DNA of 22,597 nucleotides from the IMG/VR virus record IMGVR_UViG_2554235483_000003, positions 1-22,597 of that record; one strand, written 5' to 3'. The position numbers were made by a program, and so were the translations under genes. Below, in pieces: positions 1-7,923 of the stretch (position 1 is its first letter; each line of letters begins with the position of its first letter). The notes under the pieces are model-generated. The model saw only the letters and a list, made by a program, of their open reading frames with translations, had not been told where the DNA came from and did not search any database. Source of the stretch: a virus.

Positions 1-594
1 ATGGACGCTGAATTCTTGGCGAAAAGTCTCAAACGTGTTTTCGATGAATGCCAAGAGGCTCAAAATCGTGAGGATACTGGACGTGTTGGAACTACTCTCG
101 TAGAAGAGTTTAATGATTTACTTGAGAAATACAAATCTGAATACCAGGAGAACAAAATCATTCAGGAGATTGAACCAGTTGGCTTCCACAACTGGAGTGG
201 TTCAGATGCACACCCAAAGGACGTACAGCAGGTGAAGCAGAACTGCCTGAAGATTGCGGACAGTCTGGAACTTTCTACAGATGACTTTCGAGAACCATCT
301 ACGTCTGAGAGTTTTACCACGATTCATTTCGAGGCAAACCAACGAGTCGAGCAGTCTGTCTCGGTCGAGAACGTCCTCGAGATGATCAACCAGCAGATGA
401 TGCCTGACAACGAGAAAGAAGAACTGAAAGATGTTGTCGAAGAATTCACTGGTGAGCTGGAAAAAGAGAATCCAGACAAATCCAAACTTGAGCGACTCCT
501 CAATACGGCGCGAGAATATCAACCTCAGATTGCTCTCCAACTAGGCGCAATCGGCCTCAATAACGGTATTGACGTTCTTCTCGGTGCGACGTAA
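1..594 (+). CDS. Hypothetical acidic helical protein (197 aa), convergent with the viral late operon
   Basis: Full ORF from ATG to TAA with Glu/Asp-rich halophile composition and a predicted helical C-terminus (EKEELKDVVEEFTGELEKENPDKSKLERLL). No family motif recognised. Confidence 0.75.
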   Translation: MDAEFLAKSLKRVFDECQEAQNREDTGRVGTTLVEEFNDLLEKYKSEYQENKIIQEIEPVGFHNWSGSDAHPKDVQQVKQNCLKIADSLELSTDDFREPSTSESFTTIHFEANQRVEQSVSVENVLEMINQQMMPDNEKEELKDVVEEFTGELEKENPDKSKLERLLNTAREYQPQIALQLGAIGLNNGIDVLLGAT

Positions 595-712
595 CGAAGT
601 TTAGCCTAAATCATACAAACCACTGTGTCAACCCAAGTGTCGAGACTGATTGGTTCCCCAACTCCCATCCTACCTAGAGCGTCATCGGGGCGACGTGCGC
701 GCCAGTTTCAGC

Positions 713-753
713 GTTACCCCACGGATTCCATCGTCTCCAACTCGTGGGGTAAC
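713..753. repeat. 41-bp element copy 1: GTTACCCCAC-N11-TCTCCAA-N3-GTGGGGTAAC
   Basis: 10-bp perfect inverted arms at 713-722 and 744-753 around a 21-nt spacer. A second copy lies at 849-889. Confidence 0.9.
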
Positions 754-754
754 T

Positions 755-803
755 TTGCTGGCTCTGGAGCCAGCAATGTCGCAGAGTCGAGTAGCGACTC
801 TGC
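755..803. other. Two further perfect stem-loops between the 41-bp elements
   Basis: TTGCTGGCTC-tg-GAGCCAGCAA at 755-776 and GCAGAGTCG-agtag-CGACTCTGC at 781-803, read directly from the sequence. Confidence 0.85.
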
Positions 804-848
804 TAGACTCCAAAGAGACGGTGCGAGGTGACGGACGACGTTGTCCAA

Positions 849-889
849 GTTACCCCACAGGGTGTACTCTCTCCAAACCGTGGGGTAAC
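849..889. repeat. 41-bp element copy 2: GTTACCCCAC-N11-TCTCCAA-N3-GTGGGGTAAC
   Basis: Same arms (849-858 and 880-889), same 21-nt spacer length, and TCTCCAA at the same spacer offset (12-18) as copy 1. Confidence 0.9.
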
Positions 890-894
890 TCCCT

Positions 895-1290
895 TCAATC
901 GACGTCGTCCCGATCGAATTCGAGCGACTCCTCGTCGTGGAGTGCATTGATCAGATCATCGATCCGACGGCTGATTTCCTCGTGACGGTCGTCGAGTCGC
1001 TCCTGGATCTCCTCTAATTGCTCAGCAAGATCGTCGAACTGATCGTCCATGTCGCCGGCAAATCCTCGATCAGTCGCATCCTCATCGTTACCAAACGCCC
1101 ACGCGAAGACTGTATCTAGCTTCCGGTGGATGTTCGCATGTTCGTCTTCGAAATCCCCCACCTCATCCTCGAGCGCGTTAATTCGAGATAGAAGACGACG
1201 ATAGATAATACCAAGGAGCGCAGTGAGAGCACCGACAATCAGCGCTATAAGTGTATCCAGTAGTCCAACAGGGAGAGCAACGTCCGACAT
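895..1290 (-). CDS. Single-pass membrane protein with acidic coiled coil (131 aa), holin-like or lysis-associated candidate
   Basis: Start moved to ATG at 1290 (MSDVALP...). Hydrophobic segment LLDTLIALIVGALTALLGIIY is followed by RR and heptad-like acidic helices. It is the last gene of the late operon. Confidence 0.7.
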   Translation of the reverse strand: MSDVALPVGLLDTLIALIVGALTALLGIIYRRLLSRINALEDEVGDFEDEHANIHRKLDTVFAWAFGNDEDATDRGFAGDMDDQFDDLAEQLEEIQERLDDRHEEISRRIDDLINALHDEESLEFDRDDVD

Positions 1291-1396
1291 AGATATCTTA
1301 CTATAGCGACAACTCGGCGATTTTAGAACTAAGAACAGAGTAATTCTATTATGAGAGAAACACTTATCCTGGACAATATCATCAAATAAGACATAA

Positions 1397-1654
1397 ATGC
1401 ATGTGGAAGACATCAAACCAGATCACATCATACAGGGTATTTTAATCGCAATTATAGCACCAGCTCTTATCCCTGCTATTCTAGAAATTTCTGCAGCAAA
1501 GCGAGTAGCAGTCAGTGATCTATTATCAACCGGGTTTAGTGTTGAAGGGGGATGGGAATTGAAGATGATTTTCGTTCTAATGGCCGGATTGGTTATGCTA
1601 TCAATCCCATCGTGGGGAATCCTCAAGGAAGTAATCGAGGCAATCCTGAAATAG
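1397..1654 (+). CDS. Small two-TM membrane protein (85 aa), antisense, AT-rich, moron-like
   Basis: Two hydrophobic segments (IIQGILIAIIAPALIPAILEI; MIFVLMAGLVMLSIPSWGIL). It fills the gap between two minus-strand genes. GC is 18/60 in the upstream line starting at 1321 and 21/60 in the line starting at 1381. Confidence 0.6.
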   Translation: MHVEDIKPDHIIQGILIAIIAPALIPAILEISAAKRVAVSDLLSTGFSVEGGWELKMIFVLMAGLVMLSIPSWGILKEVIEAILK

Positions 1655-1690
1655 GGTGCGATCGATTGAATTCCTGTTTGATCGAATTGA

Positions 1691-3880
1691 TCAGAGTGCG
1701 CGTCGGTTTCTGCGGACATCGCGCTGTGCCAAGATGAGCTCGGTATCGATCCGTCCGCTAATATCGAAATCGAGTGACATCGTCTCCCCGCTCCCCAGCG
1801 AGATTTGCACCTCGTCTAACTCCCCAACGTGATCCTGATACTCGGCACCGACAACTGTCCCGGCGGATCCATCCGCTGTCTCTGGAGACTGTGCTACACC
1901 GTGGTTGACTGCGAGAGAGGGATCGGAGCTATCGTTAAGTCTGTAGTAGATCCCTGCTGTGCCGAGACTTGCTTCAGTCCGGACGAGGTCGTCGAACGCG
2001 TGCTCGAGGATCCACTCCTGTGACTTCGAATTCGAACTCGACGTCCAGATTCTGACGTCGGCTACACCACCAACGAACCCGCTCGATCCGTTTGGATCAT
2101 TGCCGACGTAGTTGGTAACGTCGAGCTCGTAGGGCGAGATGATCGAGTTGTTGATTGCATCTGTCTCCCACTCTACTTGGCCGTTGACGAGGACTCGTGT
2201 CGTCTCAATACTCGGGCCCCAGATTACGGACAACCGTTGGCGGTAGTCGTTATCGACGATGCCTAATGGACTTCGACCCTGCCAGTCCGGATCACCACCG
2301 TGGATCTCGATACTCCCATCACCGTAGAGCCGAATCCAGGAGGAGGGATCTTCACCGGAAATCTCGTGTATTGTGTAGTACTCGTTGTCGCCCATCGCGT
2401 CGAGGCCGTCGGGCCGAATTAGATACTCGAACGTCCAGTACCCTCCTGGATGATCCGATTCTTGAGGGAATTTGTAACTGAATTCGATATGAGAATTGCC
2501 GTCGAAATAGAGCGAGTTCTGTCCGATTTGCCCGCCATAGGGGAACGCGTCCCCCCAAGCACTCACATTGTAGGAGTAGCCAGGCATCACCATCTGTGGA
2601 ACGATCTCTAGTGCTCCAGACTCATCGCGCTCAGTAATTGATTCCTTGAGGAGACGATCGGCTCGCGACTCTACTTCGGCTTCCGTTTCGAGATCGAGAC
2701 TCTTCTCATACTTCTCGATCACGCCGTCGTCTCCGAGTCCGCGCTCTGCCATGAGATCGATCTCCTCCTGGTGCTCCGATGTCGCCGTGTACGATGATCC
2801 ATCATCGAGTCGTGCTCCAGTGACAGTGACACTGTTAGCGTAGTCGGTGAGATCTTTCGACCTCGTCGACGATGTAATCCGCCAGTCTGGTTCGATATTG
2901 ACAGTTCCCACGGGGGAGGTGTCTACTGCTTTGGCGTCGTAGTCTCGGATTGCAAAATTGTAGGATCCAAGATCGTGGAGTTCCTGGAGGATTTCGAACG
3001 TTGTTCCCTCGATCTCGGCCTCGTCAATCGCAACAAACCCTGCTTTGTCGGGGGCGAGCACTTCCGTCCGGATCACTTCGATTGGTTCTCCGTTCTCGAG
3101 CATTGGTCGGAAGAGACCGTACTGATCTGAGCCGAATTCGAAGTAGAAGTAATGGTAGCGTTGTGGGCGTTCGTGCTCGACAGTCGTCCACACCTCCTCG
3201 ACGATTTCGTCCGTGCTATTCGGATCGAGATTCTTCATCCCTCCACGGAGCCAATCAGTAGGCTCGTCTGTGACGACGAGCATTGCGATCCAATCAGTCG
3301 GTTCGTCCGTCTGGATCGTCTGGAGTTGATCGCCACTATCTGGCTCTTCATCGTCGAGGACAATGTTGGCCTCTTCAAAGACGAGACGGTTGCGCTCGAC
3401 AGTCACACCCTCCGTCTGGATCGAAGTAGCCGGGTTCCAGGCCCAGAGTGAGCAGTGATCTCGATCTGAGAGAAAGACGCTGTCGTACAGTTCACGGTTC
3501 GGTGGGAGGATGAGAGCGTCATAATCGAGATCCGCCCAGAAATCGACAAGTGCGTCGTAGACTGTGGTCTCGTTGTACTCGACAGTGGTAACGTTGCGAT
3601 CTAACTCGACGAGCACTCCACGACCACTGATCGTTGTCTGGGCAGACTCGTAATCAGCCTCGTACGACTCGAGTTCGCCACGGAAGATGAGATCACCGTC
3701 GTAGTAGATCCAGATGTCGGAGTAGATCTCGTCACCGAAGTCGTCTGTGTAGGGGAGTGTCCCAGTCCAGGATCCCATCGAGGACGAGCCCTCAGTGACG
3801 TCGAGGCTCACAAATCGAGTAAACTCCTGGGCCCCATCGCTATCGATCGGCCCGCCAAGAGTCAAGACGTACTCAGTCAT
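1691..3880 (-). CDS. Baseplate hub / tail tip protein (729 aa) with inserted LamG-like jelly-roll domain
   Basis: Position after tape measure and Dit-like genes. Hub-like motifs IFRGELESY...TTISGRG and YANSVTVTG. LamG-like segment SLYFDG...WTFEYLIRP...VLVNGQ...FVGGVADVRIW...YYRLND. Confidence 0.75.
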   Translation of the reverse strand: MTEYVLTLGGPIDSDGAQEFTRFVSLDVTEGSSSMGSWTGTLPYTDDFGDEIYSDIWIYYDGDLIFRGELESYEADYESAQTTISGRGVLVELDRNVTTVEYNETTVYDALVDFWADLDYDALILPPNRELYDSVFLSDRDHCSLWAWNPATSIQTEGVTVERNRLVFEEANIVLDDEEPDSGDQLQTIQTDEPTDWIAMLVVTDEPTDWLRGGMKNLDPNSTDEIVEEVWTTVEHERPQRYHYFYFEFGSDQYGLFRPMLENGEPIEVIRTEVLAPDKAGFVAIDEAEIEGTTFEILQELHDLGSYNFAIRDYDAKAVDTSPVGTVNIEPDWRITSSTRSKDLTDYANSVTVTGARLDDGSSYTATSEHQEEIDLMAERGLGDDGVIEKYEKSLDLETEAEVESRADRLLKESITERDESGALEIVPQMVMPGYSYNVSAWGDAFPYGGQIGQNSLYFDGNSHIEFSYKFPQESDHPGGYWTFEYLIRPDGLDAMGDNEYYTIHEISGEDPSSWIRLYGDGSIEIHGGDPDWQGRSPLGIVDNDYRQRLSVIWGPSIETTRVLVNGQVEWETDAINNSIISPYELDVTNYVGNDPNGSSGFVGGVADVRIWTSSSNSKSQEWILEHAFDDLVRTEASLGTAGIYYRLNDSSDPSLAVNHGVAQSPETADGSAGTVVGAEYQDHVGELDEVQISLGSGETMSLDFDISGRIDTELILAQRDVRRNRRAL

Positions 3881-4335
3881 AGTCCGGCCTCGAACTCGTT
3901 TTCGACGAGCGCTCGATCAGAGTACTCTGCTCCCCGTGCCACAACGAATAGCTCGAGTTCTACTTGGCGATTAACGCCGATCGAATTGGTCGAGAAGGTT
4001 CCACTAGTAATCACACACCACCAGTCGTCGATGTCAGAGAGAACGTCTCCAGGCACAAGGTGGACAAGTTGCGAGCTATAGCTTGACTGGGGATGGATCG
4101 ACTCGTGATACCAGGGTCGTCCCCGGATATCGAGCCCCGTATTCGACGTTGAATCGTTGGCGTATCGAACAAACTCGCGTAGGATGTCGATCTCACCCTC
4201 AGCCATCTCGTCGACGAGGAAAGCGATGGTGATGTCGTCACCTACACTAAAGGAAGGGAACGTATCACCAGTCGCTCCAGGGATCGTGATTGTCCCTGAC
4301 GTATCAGTCTCGATGTTCCAAGAAGTATCTACCAT
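3877..4335 (-). CDS. Distal tail (Dit-like) protein, 152 aa
   Basis: Lies between tape measure and hub and overlaps the hub start by 4 nt. The call rests on synteny and size only. Confidence 0.55.
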   Translation of the reverse strand: MVDTSWNIETDTSGTITIPGATGDTFPSFSVGDDITIAFLVDEMAEGEIDILREFVRYANDSTSNTGLDIRGRPWYHESIHPQSSYSSQLVHLVPGDVLSDIDDWWCVITSGTFSTNSIGVNRQVELELFVVARGAEYSDRALVENEFEAGL

Positions 4336-4358
4336 AGTATGTTACTAAAAATAAGGAG

Positions 4359-7103
4359 TTACATCCGCGAGATTCGGTTCGACTTCGACTGTTCATTTTC
4401 CTCAACGACGAGTTCAGCATTCTCGCGTATGAGTTCCGCGAGCTCACCGTCGCCCTCGATCTCCAGTCGTGCCGTAATGGTGCCACCACTCACGCTCTGC
4501 ATGGATCCACGAGTCGTCTCAGTCACTGTTTGTCGACCGACTTCGTAGGCCGTATCGAGGTACCCACTCAGTTTGTCGAGCGGGACGACGGCCTCCTGTC
4601 CGGCCTCACCAATCATTGCGATCGTCGCACTATCGACGATGCCACCGTCGGCTAACTGTGGGAGATCAAGTCCCTGTCCACCGACCGTTGTTGATGGGAC
4701 ATTGATGCTGCCACCCCCGACAGTCCACCCACTCTCCCCTGGAACTGGATTGGGGATATCCACTGTCGGAACACTCAGTCGTTGGCCCCCAACAGAGATC
4801 TCGGGGATCTCGAGCGTATCGGGAACGAGCTGGTTGAAGAGATCGACAGCACTGTCGACAGTACTTCGGATCTCCCCAAGAACCCACTCTGGTAGCTCTC
4901 GGATCATGTCCTTTACCGCCTGAATGGCAGTGTCGATGGGGGAGACAATCGCCTCCTGAACAGCACCAAATGCACCCTCGATCGCATTGGAGCCAGTCTC
5001 AGCCACCCAGTTAGCGATGTTGGCAATCGTCCCACTAACACCTCCAGCGAGCTCCTCGAGGAACCACATCAAGTTCCCAATCGTCACGTCGAAAACTGCC
5101 TGGAAGGCGTCAGAAATCATCCTGACTGCTTTTTCTCGGATCCACGTTTCGATCTCTCCCAGAGTCGTTTTGAATCCAGTAATGAGATCACTGAAGAACC
5201 CGTTAAAGTCAGAGATCGTATCGCTGATCCATCCTCTAATGAATTCGAGGATCTCGTTGAAGGTATCGGGGACGATCGAACCCCCAATCAGGAACTCGTA
5301 GATATCTTCGAAAATCCCCTTGATGAAACCGAAGATCATCTCGAAGGCTGCCGTCAGTCCCTCCCAGAAGTCCTCAGTGATGAAGTTCAGAATATCACCG
5401 AATGTTGTCTGCCAGAAATTCCAGATGATTCCGAGCGCTTCGTCGAAGTCGCCTCGGATGAGCGCGAGGACGGTGCGAATTACCGTTGAGATCGCTCGCA
5501 TGGCAGTCCCGATGGTGAGCTCAAGGAAGGAGAATGTCGTTTCGACGATCGTCATTACCTCTTCACCGTGATCGTCCCAGAATGATTCGAGCCACCCGAG
5601 AACGGTTTCAACGTGATTGGCTACCACTTCGAGCGTCTCGATCACGTCTTCGACAATCGCTTCGAAGTGCGTCTCGAAGGTGTCTGCCAATCGCTTGAGG
5701 AGTGGCATCGCATACTCCTCGAAGACGAACATCAGCGTGTTGTAGATACTCTGGAGGATTGGTTCGAGAGTGTCCCAGAGTTCTCTCGCTTTATCCTGAA
5801 TCCCGCCGAGATTGTTGCTCCACGCGTAGTAGAGCACACCAACAGCAGCTGCTATCGCTGCAACTGGAGCGAGAATCGGAGAGAGAGCACCAACAATTGC
5901 GGGGCCGACGCTGACTGCGATTGCTCCCAATCCGGCGAGCGTCGTCCCGACGAGGGCGATGAGTGCTGGCATCCCATCGAGGGACTCATTAAAGTCGAGG
6001 AATGCATCGACCGCAGGACGAATGAACTCGATACTGTCCGTCAGGACAGGGAGGAGTTGCTCGCCAATGTCGATTGCGAGGTTATTGAGCTCGTTTTTGA
6101 GGAGCTCAACCTGTCCATGGAACGTATCAGTCTCAGTCGCAACTTCACCAGCGAGGGATCCACCCTCCACCATCGCCTGATTGGATGTCTCCATCGCTTC
6201 TCGCATCGTATCGGCCGATTCTGCTGTATCGCGGAAGGCGCGTGCTTGAGACGTAGTGAGCTCGCTATTTAGGGTATCGAGGGCGTCCTGATTGCCACTG
6301 ATGGAGTCCATTAACTCCATCATCGTCTCCTGGGGAGCCTCGTCGCGCATCGTCTCGAACTCCTCAGCAGCCACTCCCAACATATCGGCGAACATCTCGA
6401 CGTTATCGGGATTCATCATCGACTCAGACACCTGCTGCATCCGCTGTGCAGCCTGTCGACTCGAAGGGGAAACCTCATTGAAGGCAGCAGAAAGGCCGAG
6501 GATCTCGTCGGACTCCAGTCCGAGCGTACTCATCGCCTGCCCAGCACGCTGGGTGGAGTCAACGATCTCGTCGGATGTCGTCTGGTAATTGTTCGAAAGT
6601 TCGTTAATGGAGTCGCCAAGCGCTCCGATATTGTCGAGTGGTTCGTCGAGAGCAGACGACATCTTTCCGAGCGCAGTGCCGGCTTCATCAGCAGAGAGCG
6701 TCGTCGCCGATCCCATCTGGCCGGCGACTCGAGTGAACTCCTCGATCTCGTCTGAGCCTTCTGCTCCCATTCTGCCGGCCTGAGTGGCTAGTCCAGCGAG
6801 TTCTTCCTGCGCTAGCGGGATTTCACCCGAAAGATCCTGAATCGCCTCAGACAGCTCTGCAGCTGTCTGTGGATCTGTCACCTTTTCAACGTCAGCCATA
6901 GCCTGCTCGAAGTCAGCAGCAGCACTCGCACTCGCAGCGAGTCCGGCAGCTCCCGCTCCAGCGAGGACACCTCCGGCTCCTGCAACGGCCGTCTCCATGT
7001 CGACCGCCGAACTCTCCACGTCGTCGAAGACATCCGCAGCTCCCTCGTCAGAAGCCGTGATTTGGATCGCTAACTCTTGACTGCCGTCTGCTGTAAATGA
7101 CAT
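4359..7103 (-). CDS. Tail tape measure protein (914 aa)
   Basis: TP901-type core (DFEQAMADVEKV...LAGLATQAGRMG), Ala-rich helical composition, central hydrophobic stretch, periodic W/F repeats, C-terminal LADGGIV...IGEAGQEAVVPL motif. Confidence 0.95.
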   Translation of the reverse strand: MSFTADGSQELAIQITASDEGAADVFDDVESSAVDMETAVAGAGGVLAGAGAAGLAASASAAADFEQAMADVEKVTDPQTAAELSEAIQDLSGEIPLAQEELAGLATQAGRMGAEGSDEIEEFTRVAGQMGSATTLSADEAGTALGKMSSALDEPLDNIGALGDSINELSNNYQTTSDEIVDSTQRAGQAMSTLGLESDEILGLSAAFNEVSPSSRQAAQRMQQVSESMMNPDNVEMFADMLGVAAEEFETMRDEAPQETMMELMDSISGNQDALDTLNSELTTSQARAFRDTAESADTMREAMETSNQAMVEGGSLAGEVATETDTFHGQVELLKNELNNLAIDIGEQLLPVLTDSIEFIRPAVDAFLDFNESLDGMPALIALVGTTLAGLGAIAVSVGPAIVGALSPILAPVAAIAAAVGVLYYAWSNNLGGIQDKARELWDTLEPILQSIYNTLMFVFEEYAMPLLKRLADTFETHFEAIVEDVIETLEVVANHVETVLGWLESFWDDHGEEVMTIVETTFSFLELTIGTAMRAISTVIRTVLALIRGDFDEALGIIWNFWQTTFGDILNFITEDFWEGLTAAFEMIFGFIKGIFEDIYEFLIGGSIVPDTFNEILEFIRGWISDTISDFNGFFSDLITGFKTTLGEIETWIREKAVRMISDAFQAVFDVTIGNLMWFLEELAGGVSGTIANIANWVAETGSNAIEGAFGAVQEAIVSPIDTAIQAVKDMIRELPEWVLGEIRSTVDSAVDLFNQLVPDTLEIPEISVGGQRLSVPTVDIPNPVPGESGWTVGGGSINVPSTTVGGQGLDLPQLADGGIVDSATIAMIGEAGQEAVVPLDKLSGYLDTAYEVGRQTVTETTRGSMQSVSGGTITARLEIEGDGELAELIRENAELVVEENEQSKSNRISRM

Positions 7104-7125
7104 CTATCTATTGAATAAAATAGTC

Positions 7126-7407
7126 TCAGTTCCGTTGCTGATCTAACTCTCTAATCCACTCTTTGTCCGACTCTCGGGCTTCACCTGGAACGCGCTCGTG
7201 TGGGCCACTCCCCTGGGTTTGGCCGGAGTTCTTCGCCTTCTGACGATTCTGTTCGTTTGCCCCTTCAAGGAGTACGCGCGTCTCGGGAAGTGTCAGTTTG
7301 TAGAATGACGTGTCGCCGGTAAACCGATAGCCAGAATCGTGGAGTTGTTTGATCCAGAGTGCTTGCGTCTTCAGTTCCGACTCTCGGCTAGTTCCATTAA
7401 CTTTCCC
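7126..7407 (-). CDS. Frameshift extension of the tail assembly chaperone (lambda gpT equivalent), not in the supplied ORF track
   Basis: The -1 frame reads from the slippery site: GGG AAA GTT AAT GGA ... LKTQALWIKQLHDSGYRFTGDTSFYKLTLPETRVLLEG...ELDQQRN TGA (7126-7128). It contains no Met and fills the gap before the tape measure gene. Confidence 0.85.
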   Translation of the reverse strand, partial: GKVNGTSRESELKTQALWIKQLHDSGYRFTGDTSFYKLTLPETRVLLEGANEQNRQKAKNSGQTQGSGPHERVPGEARESDKEWIRELDQQRN

Positions 7408-7826
7408 AGTTTTTCTGGATCATCGATCTTCTCCAGCATCTCGAGATTCTCCATGTTGACGCCATTCTGAATGTCGTATCCAGACGCACGGAGGATCGCA
7501 GTAAGAAGTCCATCGACGCCGAAGGCAATCATGTCCTCCTCAACCATCTCAGCCGTGACGTCGAGATTGTCGTGTTCGCGAACGTCGTACCAGTGTTCGT
7601 TGAAGAGTTCGGCAACCTCTTCGGAGGCGAGCTCGTTCGGGTTGAGTCGATCACCAGATCCGCCGTACTTGTTAATGTCGCCCATCGTCATCGGGACGAC
7701 TCTGACGTGCTCCTGGACGCCAGGTAGCTTCTGGGTGACTGGCTGGAGTTCGTCATCGTCACTCCGGGTGACGAAAAAGTCCTCGGGCTTTGCGATCGAA
7801 AGTTCAGAATCGTCTTGGGTAGACAT
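7371..7826 (-). CDS. Tail assembly chaperone (gpG-like, 151 aa)
   Basis: Lies between tail tube and tape measure. Start moved to ATG at 7826 (MSTQDDSEL); 7865 is an alternative. A slippery heptamer is present near the 3' end. Confidence 0.85.
   Translation of the reverse strand: MSTQDDSELSIAKPEDFFVTRSDDDELQPVTQKLPGVQEHVRVVPMTMGDINKYGGSGDRLNPNELASEEVAELFNEHWYDVREHDNLDVTAEMVEEDMIAFGVDGLLTAILRASGYDIQNGVNMENLEMLEKIDDPEKLGKLMELAESRN
7401..7407 (-). promoter_or_regulatory. Programmed -1 ribosomal frameshift site G GGA AAG
   Basis: X XXY YYZ heptamer in the correct phase (CTG GGA AAG = L-G-K), identical to the lambda G/T slippery sequence. Confidence 0.85.
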
Positions 7827-7844
7827 TGTAATCAGTCTCGTTGG

Positions 7845-7865
7845 ATGAGTCCGGGGTGGACTCAT
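7845..7865. other. Intergenic stem-loop upstream of the chaperone gene
   Basis: ATGAGTCC-ggggt-GGACTCAT, 8-bp perfect stem. Confidence 0.5.
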
Positions 7866-7923
7866 AGGAGTTTGCACAGAGTGTGTGTAGTGCGACAGCG
7901 GAATCAGAAACTAACTGTGGGCG

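Noticed and set aside
849-866. Partial resemblance of ACCCCACAGGGT to haloarchaeal type I-B CRISPR repeats as I recall them
   Set aside because: Only about 12 nt match, there is no regular repeat-spacer period, and the segment is explained as an arm of the 41-bp element. It is not called a CRISPR array.
625-985. ORFs 625-831(+), 650-985(+) and 714-947(-)
   Set aside because: They lack acidic halophile composition (two are Ser/Arg-rich), overlap real genes or each other, and run through the hairpin cluster. They are treated as spurious.
1423-1719. 98-aa minus-strand ORF co-oriented with the late operon
   Set aside because: It overlaps the hub stop and lies antisense to the two-TM ORF, with non-acidic composition. 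The plus-strand ORF is the better candidate, though this one is not formally excluded.
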